Shown here one piece after another: positions 12,690-26,238 of a stretch of 64,000 nt of DNA. Source of the DNA: Scyliorhinus canicula (Eukaryota); the NCBI RefSeq assembly GCF_902713615.1, contig NC_052147.1:141921885-141985884 (forward strand), written 5' to 3'. Position 1 is the stretch's first letter. The number at the start of each line of letters is the position of its first letter. The notes beneath the pieces are model-generated. The model ran no database searches and had not been told where the DNA came from. It worked only from the letters and a program-made list of their open reading frames with translations. Both the position numbers and the translations under genes were made by a program.

Positions 12690-13294
12690 CTGACAGGAAA
12701 AATAAATTTTAGCACTTGAAACTTGGGAAAGAAAGCAGGGCTAGCAATGCTAAAATTAGCTTAATGTTGCCGTTCCTTGTCAAGAATCAATTTTTGCACG
12801 ACAGTTACCCTTTACAATGGGGAAGAGGCTTATTCAGCACTACTTATATCAGAGATGCAAGATGGACATTGTCGCAATTCTACTGTTACCTCACAGCCAC
12901 AAGATATCTTTTTTGTAAAAGCCAAGAATGGCTGCGCTTCAGCCAGTCTGGAGTTGTGATACGATTAATAAGTGAGCCAGGCCTTTTAAGCAGTAGAAGT
13001 TCAGATTAATTTAGGCATTAATGAATGACAAGCACCACATAATAAACACCAGAGGAAAGCTTTCCATCTTGGCAGTAATTAATGAGAACTGGGTGTTATT
13101 TTAGCGACAGGAGTTTTAAAGCTTAGGGACTGTGCAGTCCCTGAACAATGAGACAGCAGTGCACTGGTTGACTTAAGGAATGGAAGTGCATGACAGTGAA
13201 AAGCAGATGACAAGGGAAGGCAGCATTTGAATTCAAAACACACAATGCAAGCAAAACTCAGCACATTCACCTACTCCATGTAAAGGGAGGAAAT

Positions 13295-13725
13295 AAATAC
13301 TTGCATTGCTACGGCACTTTTTGCAGCCCCAGAACATCCCAAAGTCTCTTGCAGCAACTGTAGTCTTGAGCAAAGTGTAGTCGCTGTTGTAATATTGCAA
13401 ACATGGCAGCCAATTAACAGACAGCGAGGATCCACAAATAGATCATGAAATAATCATTTCAGGCGATTTTGTTTCAGGGAGAAATATTGCCCCAGGGCAT
13501 CAGGGAGAATACTCCTGTTTTTCTTTGAAACAGTGCCATGGGATCTTTAATATCCACGCAAGAAAGTAAAATGGGTTTTGGTTTAACATCTCATCCATGC
13601 CTCAGCTCCTCCAGTAATAACGCTCAGTACTCTACTGAAGTGTCAGCACGGACTACGCGTTCAAAGCTCTAGATTGGGGCTTGAATCCATGGTAGTCGAC
13701 TCAAGAGTACTATGACTGAACGAAT
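13295..13725 (-). mobile_element. Deu-domain SINE
   Basis: Reverse of ...agatcccatggcact...gagatgttaaacc... core, with a tRNA-like head near 13680. Confidence 0.7.
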
Positions 13726-13801
13726 GGATCTGTTTGAGCAGCAACTGGAGGTACTAAGAAGCAACCAAATGGCAGAAATCATCATAGATAGAGATTATAG
13801 A

Positions 13802-14010
13802 GGGCAGCACGGCTGCGTAATGGTTAGCACTGCTGCCGACGCGCCGAGGCCCTAGGTTTGATCCCAGCCCTGGGTCACTGTCCGTGTGGAGTTTGCACAT
13901 TCTCCCCGTGTTTGCATGGGTTTTGCCCCCGCAACCCAAAGATGTGCAGGTTAAGTGGACTGCCCTTAATTTGAAAAAATGAATTGGGTACTCCAAATTT
14001 TTTTTTAATT
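13802..14010 (+). mobile_element. Short V-SINE
   Basis: gggcagcacgg head, V domain, ccaaattttttt tail, degenerate TSD gatag...ttatagag. Confidence 0.85.
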
Positions 14011-15039
14011 GATAGCTGTTATAGAGACATGGTCACACCCAAGGTACAGGAAGAATGATGGGTGACCACTAGACAGGGCAGGCAGTCAATACAGGAGTCC
14101 CCTGTGGCTGTGCCCCTCTAACAAGTATGCCCTTTTGGATACTGATGAAGGGGATGGCCAATCAGGTGACAGAAGCAGTAGCCAGCGCGGTGACACCTTG
14201 GCTGGCTTTACTGTACTGTGAGGGGCAAAGTATAATAGAGCAATACTAATTGGGGATTCAATAGTCAGGAACCTAGATAGGTGCTTTGTGGTCGCGAAAG
14301 AGACTCCAGGATGGTATGTTGTCTCTCTGGTGTCAGGGTCATGGATGTCTTTGAGCGGGTACAGGATATCCTGAAATGGGAAGACACACAAGCAGATGGC
14401 ATTGTCCACATTGGTACAAATGACACAGGCAGGAAGAGCAGCAAGGTCCTGGAAAGACATTACAGGGAGTTTGGTAATAAGGTCCAAAAAAACAGGACCT
14501 CTAGGGTAGTCATTTCAGAATTACTCCCCATGCCACATGCTAGCGAGGCTAGGAACAGAGATATACTACAGTTGAACACGTGGCTAAAGAGTTGGGGGTG
14601 GGCTTCAGATATTTGGATCATTGGGACGTCTTCCAGGGAAGATGGGACCTATACATGTAGGAGGGTTGCACCTAAACTGGACGGACACCAACATCCTGGC
14701 TGGGAGGTTTGCTAAAGTGGTTCAGGAGGGTTTAAACTAGTATGGAAGGGGGGTGGGAACCGGAGCAGCAGGTCAGCAAGTGTAGAGATTGGGGAAGAGC
14801 TTGAGACTAAGCCAAATATATCAGAGGGAGAGCAGGCAGAGAGAAGTCACAGTGGATCTGGAGGTCTGGAGTACCAAGGAGTGTAACAGGTAAAACGGAT
14901 GAACTTAGAGCTTGGATTAATGTCCAGAATTATGAGTTGCTGCTATCACGGAGATGTGCTTAAAAGAGGGATAGGACTGGCAGCTTAATGTTCCGTAATA
15001 TCGATGTTTTATTTATTTTTTGGATGAAGAGTAACTTTT

Positions 15040-15247
15040 TTTTTCTTTTTTAAAATAAATTTAGAGTACCCAATTCATTTTTTTCCAATTAAGGGGCAAT
15101 TTACTGTGTTCAATCCACCTACCTTGCACATCTTTGGGTTGTGGGGATGAAACCCACGTAAATACGGGGATAATGTGCAAACTCCACATGGACAGTGACC
15201 CAGAGCCAGGATCGAACATGGGACCTCAGTGACGTGAGGCAACAAGG
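15040..15247 (-). mobile_element. Short poly(A)-tailed V-SINE
   Basis: TSD ggat(g/a)aagagtaacttt. Confidence 0.85.
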
Positions 15248-15349
15248 GATAAAGAGTAACTTTAATTAATTCTCAGTATAAATATTACGATACTAACAAA
15301 ACAAACTTTCCATTAGTAGCAGAGAGAATCTCATTCAGATTGTGATTAC

Positions 15350-15700
15350 TTCTTTTTTAATGTTTTTATTGAGTTGGTGGTATACAAAACAAATATAAAT
15401 ATGAACAAACACTGGGAGTTAAGCAAGAGAATATAAGAAGTAAAACCAAAACTATTTATACATAGATTTTCCCACTTCAAAGAAGTAAATAGACGTTATG
15501 TACTTGGGAGAAGGAGAACTCCTTCTCCCCTGGGTGGGTGAATTGCTTTGTGTCCACCACCCCCATCTGCTCCATGAATATGCTGAGTTCCTTCACCATG
15601 TTGGAGGTCTTTCCCGTTTTGGGGTTCAATCTGTCCGTCTGTGGTTCCTGTACACAGTTAAAGTCCCCCCCCCCAATCCCCCACCCCCCACCCATGGTCA
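15350..15700 (-). mobile_element. L1-clade endonuclease fragment
   Basis: GGDFNCV...DRLNPKTGK...HPGEKEFSF.QVH in ORF 15477-15911, homologous to the L1 at 23160-23340. Confidence 0.75.
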
Positions 15701-18700
15701 GTCGGTGTGTGTTCAGGGAACCATGGATGACAGGGGAAATTGTGAGACTAGTCAAAAAGAAAAAAGAAACATACATAAGGTCCAGGAAACTAAAAACAGA
15801 CAAAGCTTCTGAAGAATATAGGGAAAGAAGGAACAAACTCAAACGGGGAATTCGGAGGGCTAAAAGAGGCCATGAAATGTCATTGGCAAGCAGGGTGAAG
15901 GAAAATCCCAAGACCTTTTATACATATATAAGGAGCAAAAGGTAGCTCTGGAAAGAGTAGCCCACTCAAGGACAAAGGAGGCAAGTTATGCGTGGAGTCA
16001 GATGCAGTGGGTGAGGTCCTCAATGAATACTTTGCATCGGTATTCACCAAGAAGAGGGACATGATGGATGTCGAGGTTAGGGATGGGTATGTGAATACTC
16101 TAGAACATGTCAGCATAATGAAGGAGGAAGTGTTGGGTATCTTAAAATGCATCAAGGTAGACAAGTCCTCTGGGCTAGATGGGATATGTCCCAGGTTATT
16201 GTGGGAGGCAAGAGAAGAAATAGCTTGGGTCTTAACAGATATCTTTGCATCATCTTTGACCGCAGGCCAGAGGACTGGAGAATAGCCAATGTTGCTCCTT
16301 TGTTTAAGAAGGGAAGCAGGGATAATCCAGGTAATTATATGCTGGTGAGCCTGCCATCAGTGGTAAGGAAGTTGTTGGAGATGATAGTGAGGGACAGGAT
16401 TAATTCACATTTGGAAGCAAATGGACTTGTTAGTGATAGGCAACAAGGTTTTCTATGGGGAAGGTTATGTCTTACCAACTTGATAGAGTTTTTAAGGAAG
16501 TTACAAAATTAATTGATGAGGGAAGGCTGTGGATGTCATGGACTTTAGTAAGGCGTTTCATAAGGTCCCTCATGGGACACTGGTACAAAAGGTAAAACCG
16601 CATGGGATTCGGAGTATGCTAGGTAGATGAATGAAGAACTAGCTTGGCAACAGGAGACAGAGAGTAACAGTGGAAGGGAGTTTTTCAGAATGGAGATCTG
16701 TAACTAATGGTGTTCCACAGGGATCAGTGCTGGGACTACTGTTGTTTGTAATAAATATAAATGATCTGGAGGAAAATGTTTGCAGATGACACTAAGATAG
16801 CTGGGGTTGCAGATAGTGAAGAGGACTGTCAGGGAATACAGCAGAAGATAGAATAATTGGAGAGTTGGGCAGAGAAATGTCAGATGGAATTCAATTTGGA
16901 CAAATGCGAGATGGTGCATATTGGAAGATGAAATTCAGGTGCGTATTATACAGTGAATGGAAGAACCCTTAGGAGCATTGGCATACAGAGGGATCGGGGC
17001 GCTCAGGTCCAACGTTCCATGAAAGTGGCAATGCAGGTGGATAAGGTGGTCAAGTAGGTATACGGCATGCTTGCCTTCATCGGCCGGGGCATTGAGTACA
17101 AGAGTTGCCAGGTCATGTAACAGTTGTATAAATCTTTAGTTCGGCCACATTTGGAACATTACGTGCAGTTCTGGTCATCACACCACCAATGGTAGATGAT
17201 TCGGAGAGAGTGCAAAGAACGTTTATCAGGGTGTTGCCTGGTCTGGAGGGTGTTAGCTATGAGGAGAGGTTGAATAAACACAGATTGTTTTTGTTAGAAA
17301 GACGGAGGCTGAGGGGAGACCTGATTGAGGTCTACAGAATTACGAGAGGTATAGGCAGTATGAATAGTCAGAAGCTTTTTCACAGGGTGGAAGATTCAAT
17401 TATAAGGGGGGGGGGGCGCACAGGTTCAAGATGAGAGGGGGAAAGTTGAAGGGAGATGTGCAGGGAAAGTTTTTCATGCAGAGGGCTGTGGGTGCCTCCA
17501 GTGGAGGTAGGCACGATAGCAACGTTTAAGATGCATCCTGATAGACACATGAACTGGCGGGAATGGAGGGATACAGACCTTTTGGGCAAATGTGGTAGGT
17601 CTAATTAAGGAATCTGGTTTGGCACAGGCTGAGTGAGCCGAAAGGCCTGTTCCTGTGCTGCAATGTTCTTTGTTCATTGAGCCATGGTTTTTGACCTTTG
17701 AGGTATAGAATTCTACTCAGTGCTGGTTTATCTTGCCAACTACATGCACAGTAGTGCTCGATGACACACTGTGAAGGAAGTTTTACTCTTGTCATACCTG
17801 GAAGTACTTAATATGATAGAGCAAAGGGGGCTTCATTGCGCATCTAACCTGAAATATCTGTCCTGAAATGCCAGGTGTGGAAGTGTTAAACAAGTCAGAT
17901 AGTGATAGTTCTTCACATTGCAGTACGATGAGAACATTACCCACACAGGAAGTGCCTAACCTTTGTTTTGATATATCTTTAGATAGTCCTCTTCAGTATA
18001 GGGGGATAATCATTTGCGTGAAATGCTTGGACAAGAAGACATGTCTTATCACTGTGGCACACAATGATTCTATACATTAACGCACATCAATTCCAAACAG
18101 GTGCAAAGGTGTGTGTTGGACAGCTAAATAAAACTGGCACATAATTATTATTCCATAATAATGTCATCAAACTGTACTATCTTATTGTTCCTGAAGAAAC
18201 CAATGCTGCACATTCAATGTCACAGTGAACCACTCATTCTGAGAGTCGGAATTCATTGAGACAAGTGTTCAACAAAAAAATAAAATCAGACTTACGCAAG
18301 AGTGCTCATAGGTATATGTTAAGGACATGAAGTGAGCCATGATCCATGAAGCAATGAAGAACTGATAACAAGAGTTACAAAATAACGATTCAATCTCGTG
18401 TTTCTGATGGTTACCATGTAAAAGAGACAGCAACCAGTGATTACATGTCTGCGATCTAATCAAAGAGCTCAATATACAGCCTAAACCGTGGGATAGAAGC
18501 CGCGTTTGTGAAGTGTTTTAGGCTCTTGATTAAATTATGGGCTTGTAACACACTCCATTATTCTTTGCAGGACAACATACAAAGCTGAGGGATTTCCCTC
18601 AGTGATGTCACAACCGATAAAACTACATACACAAAAGCAGAATTTATCTCTGTCATTATCCACCATATTTGTGCTGGCAAATGGGAAAGGGCTGGGGCAG

Positions 18701-18734
18701 GGGTGGGGTTGGGTGGAAATACGTGTGCTCTTAA

Positions 18735-19700
18735 GACCATACGACAGAGGGGCAGAAGTAGGCCATTCGGCCCATCAGGTCTGCCCCACCAGTCAATGAG
18801 ATTGTGACTGTTCCGATATGATAATCCTCAACTCCACTTTCTCGCCTTACACCCATAACCTTCGAATCCATCACTGATTAAATATCTGTCTATCTCAGCC
18901 TTGAACATACTGAATGACCCAGCCTCAACAGCCCTCTGTGGTAAAGAATTCCACAGATTCACTCCCTCAGAGAAGAAATTCCTCTCATCTCTGTGTTAAA
19001 TGGGCGACCCCTCACTCTGAGATTATGCCCTCTGGGCCTAGATGCTCCCTCATTGATTGACCCTGTCAAGCCCCTTGAGAATCCTTTAGAATAAGGTCAC
19101 CTCTCATTCTTCTAAATTCCAACGAGGAAAGGATCAACCTACAGAACCTTTCCTCACAAGAAGATCCCTCCATACCTGGGGATCAACCTCGTGACCCTTC
19201 TCTGGACTGTCTCTGCTGCCACTATACACTTCCTTAGATAAGGGGACCAAAACTGTTCAGAGTATTCCAGGTGTGGTCCAACTTGTGCCTTCTATAGTTT
19301 TAGCATGACTTCCCTATTCTTATACCCTGTTCCCTTTGAAATAAAGGTCAACATTCCATGTGCCTTCCTTCTTATCTGAACTCACATGTTAGCTTTTTGT
19401 GATTTATACACAAGGACCCCCAAATCCCTCTGAGCTGCAGTTTTCTGCAGTCTTTCTCCATTTAAGTAATATTCAGCTCCTTATTCTTCCTACCAAAGTG
19501 CACATTTTCCTACATTTTATTCCATCTGCCAGGTTTTTGCTCACTCACTTAACCTATGTCGCCCTGCAGAATCTTTGTCTCATCCTCACCACTGGCCTTC
19601 TCACCTATTTTTGCATCATCTGCAAATTTGGCAATGGTAAATTTACTTTTCTTGTCCAAGTCGTTGATATAAATTGTAAATCATAGTTGCCCCAACACTG
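18735..19700 (-). mobile_element. 5'-truncated CR1 LINE
   Basis: Reverse KFADDAK motif (catcatctgcaaatttgg) and a CR1 tail at 18735-18800. Confidence 0.85.
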
Positions 19701-19744
19701 ATTTCTGTCAGAAGTAGCTTACCTATCAGTAATCCATCAATAGG

Positions 19745-20170
19745 CAAGTCAGAGGCTCGGAATCCTGCAGCAAGTAAATTGCCTCCTGACTTCCCAGTTT
19801 GCCCACCATCTACAAGGCACAAGTCGTGAGAGCAAAGAAATATTTTCCACTTGCCTGGATAAGTGCAGCTCCAACAACACTCAAGAACCATCAAGCACAA
19901 AGCAGTCTGCTTGATTGGCACCCCACCCACCAGTATTCACTCCCTCCATCACTGACTCACAGTAGCAGCATTGTGCACCATCAACAAGATGAACTACAGG
20001 AACTCACCAAGGTTCCTGAGACAGCATTTTCCAAACACACAACCACTGCCATCTAGAAGGACAAAGGCAGCAGATACACAGATACATGGGGACACCACCA
20101 CCTGGAAATCCCCCTCCAAGTCATTCACCATCCTGACTTGGAAATATTTCACCATTCCTTCACCATTGCA
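19745..20170 (+). mobile_element. 3' fragment of a second non-LTR retrotransposon family
   Basis: IYKAQV...PLAWISAAPTTLK; homologous to 42240-42500. Confidence 0.75.
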
Positions 20171-20284
20171 GTCCATTCTGGCATTTGTGTTTTCTTGTCT
20201 CCGCATCATTCCTTAATTTAACACAATCAATAGGACCCTCTTATCTCCTTTCCCTCGTATGCTTACTTAGTCTTTTTTGTCTTT

Positions 20285-20412
20285 TTAAAAAATAAATTTA
20301 GAATACCCAATTCATTTTTTCCAATTAAGGGGCAATTTAGCATGGCCAATCCACCTACCCAGCACATCTTTGGGTTGTGGGGACGAAACCCACGCAAACA
20401 CGGGAGAATGTG
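20285..20412 (-). mobile_element. 5'-truncated short V-SINE
   Basis: aaataaatttagaatacccaattc...ggccaatccacct. Confidence 0.8.
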
Positions 20413-20461
20413 TGTGTATCAATATAGTTCGCCTCAACTGCTCATTGTGACATTGAGTTTC

Positions 20462-21152
20462 AAAGAACAAAGAACAATACAGCACAGGAACAGGATCTTC
20501 GGCCCTCCAAGCCTGCGCCGACCATGGTACCTGCCTAAACTAAAACCGTATGCACTTACGCACTCCGTATCCTTCCATTCCCACCCTATTCATATATTTG
20601 TCTAGATGTCACTTAAATGCTGCTATCGTATCTGCTCCCACCACCTCCCCAGGCAGCGCGTTCCATATATTTATCACCTACTGTGTAAAAATAAAACTCC
20701 ACCTATTTTTGTGTCGTCTGCGAACTTAGGGATCAGACCAGCTACATTTTCTTCCAACTCATTTATATACACTATGAACAACAAAGGTCCCAGAACTGAT
20801 CCCTGTGGAATGCTGCTAGTCACAGCCTTCCATTCAGAAATGCACCCTTCTACTGCTACCCTCTGTCTTCTGTGCCCAAGCCAGTTCTGTATCCAACTTG
20901 CCAGCTCTCCTCTGACCCGTGTGACTTCACCCTTTGTACCAGTCTACCATGAGGTACTTGTCAAAGGCTTTACTGAAGTCCATGTATGCAACATCTTCTA
21001 CCTTTCCCTCACCTATCATTATTGTCACTTCCTCAAAAAACCCGATCAAATTAGTGAGGCTCGACCTCCCCTTCACAAAACCATGCTGTCCATCACTAAC
21101 AAGTTCATTTGTTTCCAAATGTGAGTAAATCCTGTCTCTAAGAATCTTTTCC
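20462..21152 (-). mobile_element. CR1 LINE 3' part (internally deleted), interrupted by L1
   Basis: QHGFVKGRSSLTNLI, YMDFSKAFDK on the minus strand. Confidence 0.85.
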
Positions 21153-24100
21153 GGGACTTCCGGTGGTGGCTATGGAGTGAAAGATCGCACATTTGGCAGC
21201 TCCCGCTCATGGTTGTCTTTTTGTGGCTTTTAAGCTGGATTTCCATAGGAATTTTTCAGAATAAGGGTGTAAAAGCGAGAAGAGAAGGAGATGACCCCTA
21301 GCTTATGGAGCTGCGCCCTAGGAAAAATTGAAAAAGGAGAAATCAAAAGTTGGCTGGAAGAGAGGACCAGAGTTTGAAGGAGGCAATGGTGCAACGCAGG
21401 ATTTGACCTCACCAGCTCAATGGTCGACAGACCAGTTGGTGAACTTCTTAACTGAGAAGTTCACTCAACATCGCAAGGAATGAGCGGAGAACCTGGCTTG
21501 GGCGGTGGACTCAATCAGGGCGGTGTTCGACCGTGTGGAAGAAGGATTGACGACCCAGGGACAGGCGATCCAGAAGTTGGAGGAGCTGGCGGTGGAACAA
21601 GAGCAGCAGTCCACTGCGATGGCAATGGAGATCGGGATGCCACAGGACCAACAGAAACGGCTGCAGGAGAAGGTGGAGGACTTGGAGAACCATTCTCGGA
21701 GACAGAATATCGGGATTGTCAGTCTGTCAGAGGGGAAGGAAGGATCAGATGCCGGTGCATATATGGGGAGGATGCTGGAGAAGCTGATAGGGGACGGTTC
21801 GTTCCCCAAGCTGTTGGAGGCGGACCGGGCCCATAGGGCATTTATGCGGAAGCCCCATGGGCGTGAGCCCCCGAGAGCGATGGTGGTACGGCGGCATCGG
21901 TTCCTAGATAAGGAACACATCATGCGATGGGCCAGGCAGACAAAACGGTGCATGTGGGAAGATTCTGAGATCCAGGTGTACTAGGACTTGGGAGCAGAAC
22001 TCGCAAAGAGGGGGGTGAATTTTAAGAAAGTCAGGGCAGCCCTGTACGAGAAGCAAATAAAGTTTGGTCTGCTTTATCGGCTCGTCTCTGGGTGACCTAT
22101 GTGGGTTGGGAGCATTGGCTCGCCAGAGGACGTGGCAGACTTCATGAAGGACAATAACCTGGTAGACAAACAAGGATCTTAAACCTCGACTGTGGATAAC
22201 TGAGGTAGAAGTTTTGTGTTGCCCTTTTAAAAACCTTAGTCTTTTAACTCTGTAATTTAATTTTTTGAAAAGCTGTTTGAGTTTTTACATGCATAATTCC
22301 TTTTTCTTTGTCCGGTCTTTTCTATTTGGTCCTGCTTGAAGGTGTTAGAACAGAAAAAATTTTGTTAAGGGAGGAGGGATGGGCCTCTGTGCTCGGACCT
22401 TGGGAGGGATTGTTTGTTTGTTTTCTGTGCTTTTTGCCATTGTTCTGGGAACTTATACTAAGAGTTGGGGGGGGGGGGGGGGGAGGAGGATGCTAGGCGC
22501 CAGGGGCGGGATCTGCCAGGATAGCTGGGAGGGCTAGTTCACAGAAGAAAAGAGGGGGGGTGAGCTGAAGATTAACGTAGTGAGGGAGGGGGGGGGGGGT
22601 GCTGCTGACGAGGAGGGGACTTTTAGGAGGTTGGAGGAGGAGAGTAGATGACGGTAGCTTCCGAGGGGTGGGCCAGGTGAGGTGCGGGGCATGGGCCAAG
22701 GGCTGGCCTCGGAAAGGTCATGGCTGATCGACATGGGAGGGGGGTAAGGTGCCCCCTGACCAGGCTGGTTATGTGGAATGTTCGTGGACTGAATGGGCCG
22801 GTCAAATGAGCCCATGTGTTCGCACACTTGAGACAGCTGAAGGTGGATGTGGCCATGTTGCAAGAGACGCACTTGAAGCTGGGAGACCAAGTTAGACTGA
22901 AGAAGGGATGGGCCGGACAGGCGTTCCATTCAGGATCGGACTTTAAAACAAGGTGGGTAGCAATCCTGGTTAATAATAAGGTAGCATTCAAGGTGGGGAA
23001 GATAGAGGCAGACCCGGGGGGTAGATTTGTTATGGTTAGCGGGAAGCTGGAGTGAATGGAAGTGGTGTTGGTCAATATATACGCCCCAATCTGGGATGAT
23101 GTTGCATTTGTCAGGAGGGTGCTGGGGAAGGTTCCAGACCTCGACTTGCACCGGCTGATTATGGGGGAGGATTTTAATACGGTTCTGGATCCGAGACTAG
23201 ACCGGTCGAGTTCCAGGTCGGGAAAAGTATCAGCAATGGCGAAAGAACTGCAGGGGTTTATGGAGCGCATGGGGAGGGGGATTTGGGGAGGTCGAGGAGC
23301 AAGGCATATTAATTCTACTCCCATGTGCACAAGGTATATTCCAGCATAGACTTTTTCGTACTTGATAGAACACTGTTAGCGGGGGTGGAGGACATTGAGT
23401 ATTCAGCAATTGTGGTGTCAGACCACGCTCCACACTGTGGGTAAGTACAGGAAAGACCCAGCGTCCACAGTGGAGGTTAGATGTAGGGCTGTTAGCAGAG
23501 GATGAGATTTGTGAGCGGGTGAGGGAGGCCATTCGGGGTACATAAAGAGCAATGACACGGGTGAGATCGCGGCAGGGATGGTTTGGGAAGCATTGAAGGC
23601 TTCAGAGGGGAATTTATTTTGATTTGGGCCCACAGGGAGAAGACTGAATGGGCGGAGTTGGACAGGCTTCTAGGTGGAATCTTACAGGTGGACAGGAGAT
23701 ATGCGAAGTCTCCGGATGAGGAGCTCCTGAAGGAGCGTCAGAGACTTCAAATGGAATTTGGGTTCCTGTTCACAGGTAAGGGAGAGGGGCAGCTGAGGAG
23801 GGTGAAAGGGGCAATATACGAATATGGGGAGAAAGCCAGTAGGATGTTAGCACATCAGCTGAGGAAGCAGGGGCAGCGAGAGAAATTGGGAAGGTAAAGG
23901 ATATGAGGGGGAAGGTAGTGGTGGACCCGGGGGCAATAAATGATGTGTTTTTCAAATTCTATAGTTGACTCTATGAATCAGAACCCCCAGCCGGGGAGGA
24001 GGATAGGTGATAGACGGGTTGGGGGCGATGCAACCGGGTAAGGCCCCAGGACCTGATGGATACCCAGTGAAGTTTTATAAAAGATTTCCTGGGTTACTGG

Positions 24101-26238
24101 GACCGCTCCTGGTTAAGGCCCTTAACGAGTCTAAGGAGCTCCCCCCAACGCTCTCACAGGCATCGATCTCTCTCATCTTGAAGCGGGACAAGGACCCGGA
24201 GAGCTGTGGATTGTATAGGCCGATTTCCCTTTTGAACGCAGAACTAAATTGCTGGCAAAGATCACACGTATAGAGGATTGTGTCCCGGAGGTAATCGGGG
24301 TGGACCAGATGGGGTTTGTGAAGGGCAGACACCTGACATCCAACATTAGATGGCTCCTGAATGTTATAATGATGCCATTGGAGGGGCGCGAGGTTGAGGT
24401 GGTAGTAGCTCTGGATGCAGAAAAGGCCTTTGACCGGATGGAGTGGGTGGAGTGGACGTACCTATGGGATATTCTAGACATGTTCGGTTTGGGCAGGGAT
24501 TTGTGGATTGGGTCCGGTAACTATACCAGGCTCTAGTGACAAATGTAAGAACCAAACGGATCTGGTCAGAATATTTTAGTCTCTGTAGAGGGACAAGACA
24601 AGGGTGCCTGCTCTCCCCACTACTGTTTGCCCTGGCCATAGAGCCCTTGGCAATGGCCCTTAGGTCATTGAATGTTTGGCAGTGGATATAGAGGGGGGGT
24701 TGGAGCACAGGGTTTCGCTCTACGCGGCCGATTTTCAACTTTATATCACAGACCCGTTGGGGGGGGATGGTTGGAATAATGGAGACACTGGAAGAATTTG
24801 GGCGGTTTTCAGGCTACAAGTTAAACATGGGAAAGAGCGAGGTGTTTGCAATTCAGGCATGGGGGCAGGAAAGGAGACTGAGGGAGTTACCGTTTAAGGT
24901 GGTGGGGAGGAGCTTTAGGTATCTGGGGATCCAGGTGGCTAAGCATTGGGGACAGCTCCACAAGTTAAATCTGGGTAAAGCGGTTGATCAAATGAAAAGG
25001 GGTTTCCGCAGGTAGGACATGCTCCCGCTGACACTGGCGGGGAGGGTCCAGATGGTGAAGAAGACAATCCTCCCGAAAATGCTGTTTCTTTTCCAATGGC
25101 TCCCGATTTTTGTCCCAATGGCCTTTTTTTAGGAAAATGAATGCGGTAATCTCGGGTTTTGTGTGGGTAAAACCCTGAGGGTGAAGAAGGTACTCCTGGA
25201 ACAGGGTCGCGGGGAGGGGGGGGGCTTGGCCCTCTCGATTTTTATTAATTATTACTGGGCGGCCAACATCTATGGTCAGGAAGTGAGTAGTGGGGGAGGG
25301 GTCGGTTTGGAAGTGAGTAGAGGTGGCATCCTGTAAGGGTACGAGTTTGGCGGCTTTATTGACGGCGCTCCTGCTGTTCTCACTGACTCGGTACTCCACA
25401 AGCCCAGTGGTAGTGGCAGCCCTGAGGGCGTGGGGACAATGGAGACAACACATGGGATTGGAAGGGGTGTCAGTGTGGTCACCGATCTGTGACAATCACC
25501 GTTTTGTTCCAATGGGGCTGTTCGAGGCTTTAGAAGGTGGCAGCGGGCAGGGATTGAGAAATTTGGGGATCTCTTCATTCAGGAGGGCTTCCCAAACCAG
25601 GAGGCATTAGAGGAGGAGTTTGAGCTTCGGAGTGGGAACGGGTTTTGGTACCGACAGGTACTTTGTCCAGAGGCAGGTTCCAAGCTTTCCTCGCCTCCCC
25701 CTGAGGGGACTACAGGAAAGGGGATATCAAAAAATGGGATTGGGGAGGGGAGAGTCTCGGGGATATATAAGGAGTTGATGGAGTGGGAAGGAGTCCCTGT
25801 CGGGAAGGTGAAGAGGAAGTGGGAGGAGGAGCTGGGAGGAGAGTTGAAAATCGAATTATGGGAAAAGACTTTGAAGAGAGTTAATTCATCCTCGTCATGT
25901 GTCAGACTTAGCCTGATCCAGTTCAAGGTGGTTCATAGGGCTCACATGACGGTAGCCCGGATGAGCAGGTTTTTTAGGAAGTGGAGGATAGGTGTGGACG
26001 CTGTGGAGGAAGCCCGGCAAATCATGTACATATGTTCTGGGCATATCCGAAGCTGAGGGAATTCTGGCAGGGATTTACGGACGTTATGTCAGAAGTCCTG
26101 TAAGGGAGGGCGATTCCAAGTCCAGAATTAGCTATATTTGGGGTATCGGACGATCTGGGGGCCGGGGGGGTGGAAAGGAAGCCAATGTTCTGGCCTTCTC
26201 CTCTCTGGTGGCCCGGAGTCGGATTTTGCTGGGATGGG
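21153..26238 (+). mobile_element. Near full-length decayed L1-clade LINE (5' UTR, ORF1, ORF2; 3' end missing)
   Basis: ORF1 coiled coil plus LENHSRRQN..I, RAHR and RRM-like motifs (21505-22180); ORF2 WNVRGL, LQETH, NIYAP, GEDFN, SDH, KAPGPDG, LDAEKAFD, GTRQGC, SLYA.D, YLGI and C-terminal C-x2-C...H-MFW; many stops and frameshifts. Confidence 0.93.

Larger units (their letters stand above)
14010..17677 (+). mobile_element. CR1 LINE with ORF1 esterase (SGNH/GDSL) and decayed ORF2; interrupted at 15040-15700
   Basis: ORF 14281-14715 VCCLSGVRV...IVHIGTND (CR1 ORF1 esterase); KENPKTFYTYI, NEYFASVF, KVDKSSG, GDLIEVY and a 3' tail. Confidence 0.9.

Noticed and set aside
22623-23330. 235-aa minus-strand ORF
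   Set aside because: Antisense to the L1 endonuclease coding region; no independent support.
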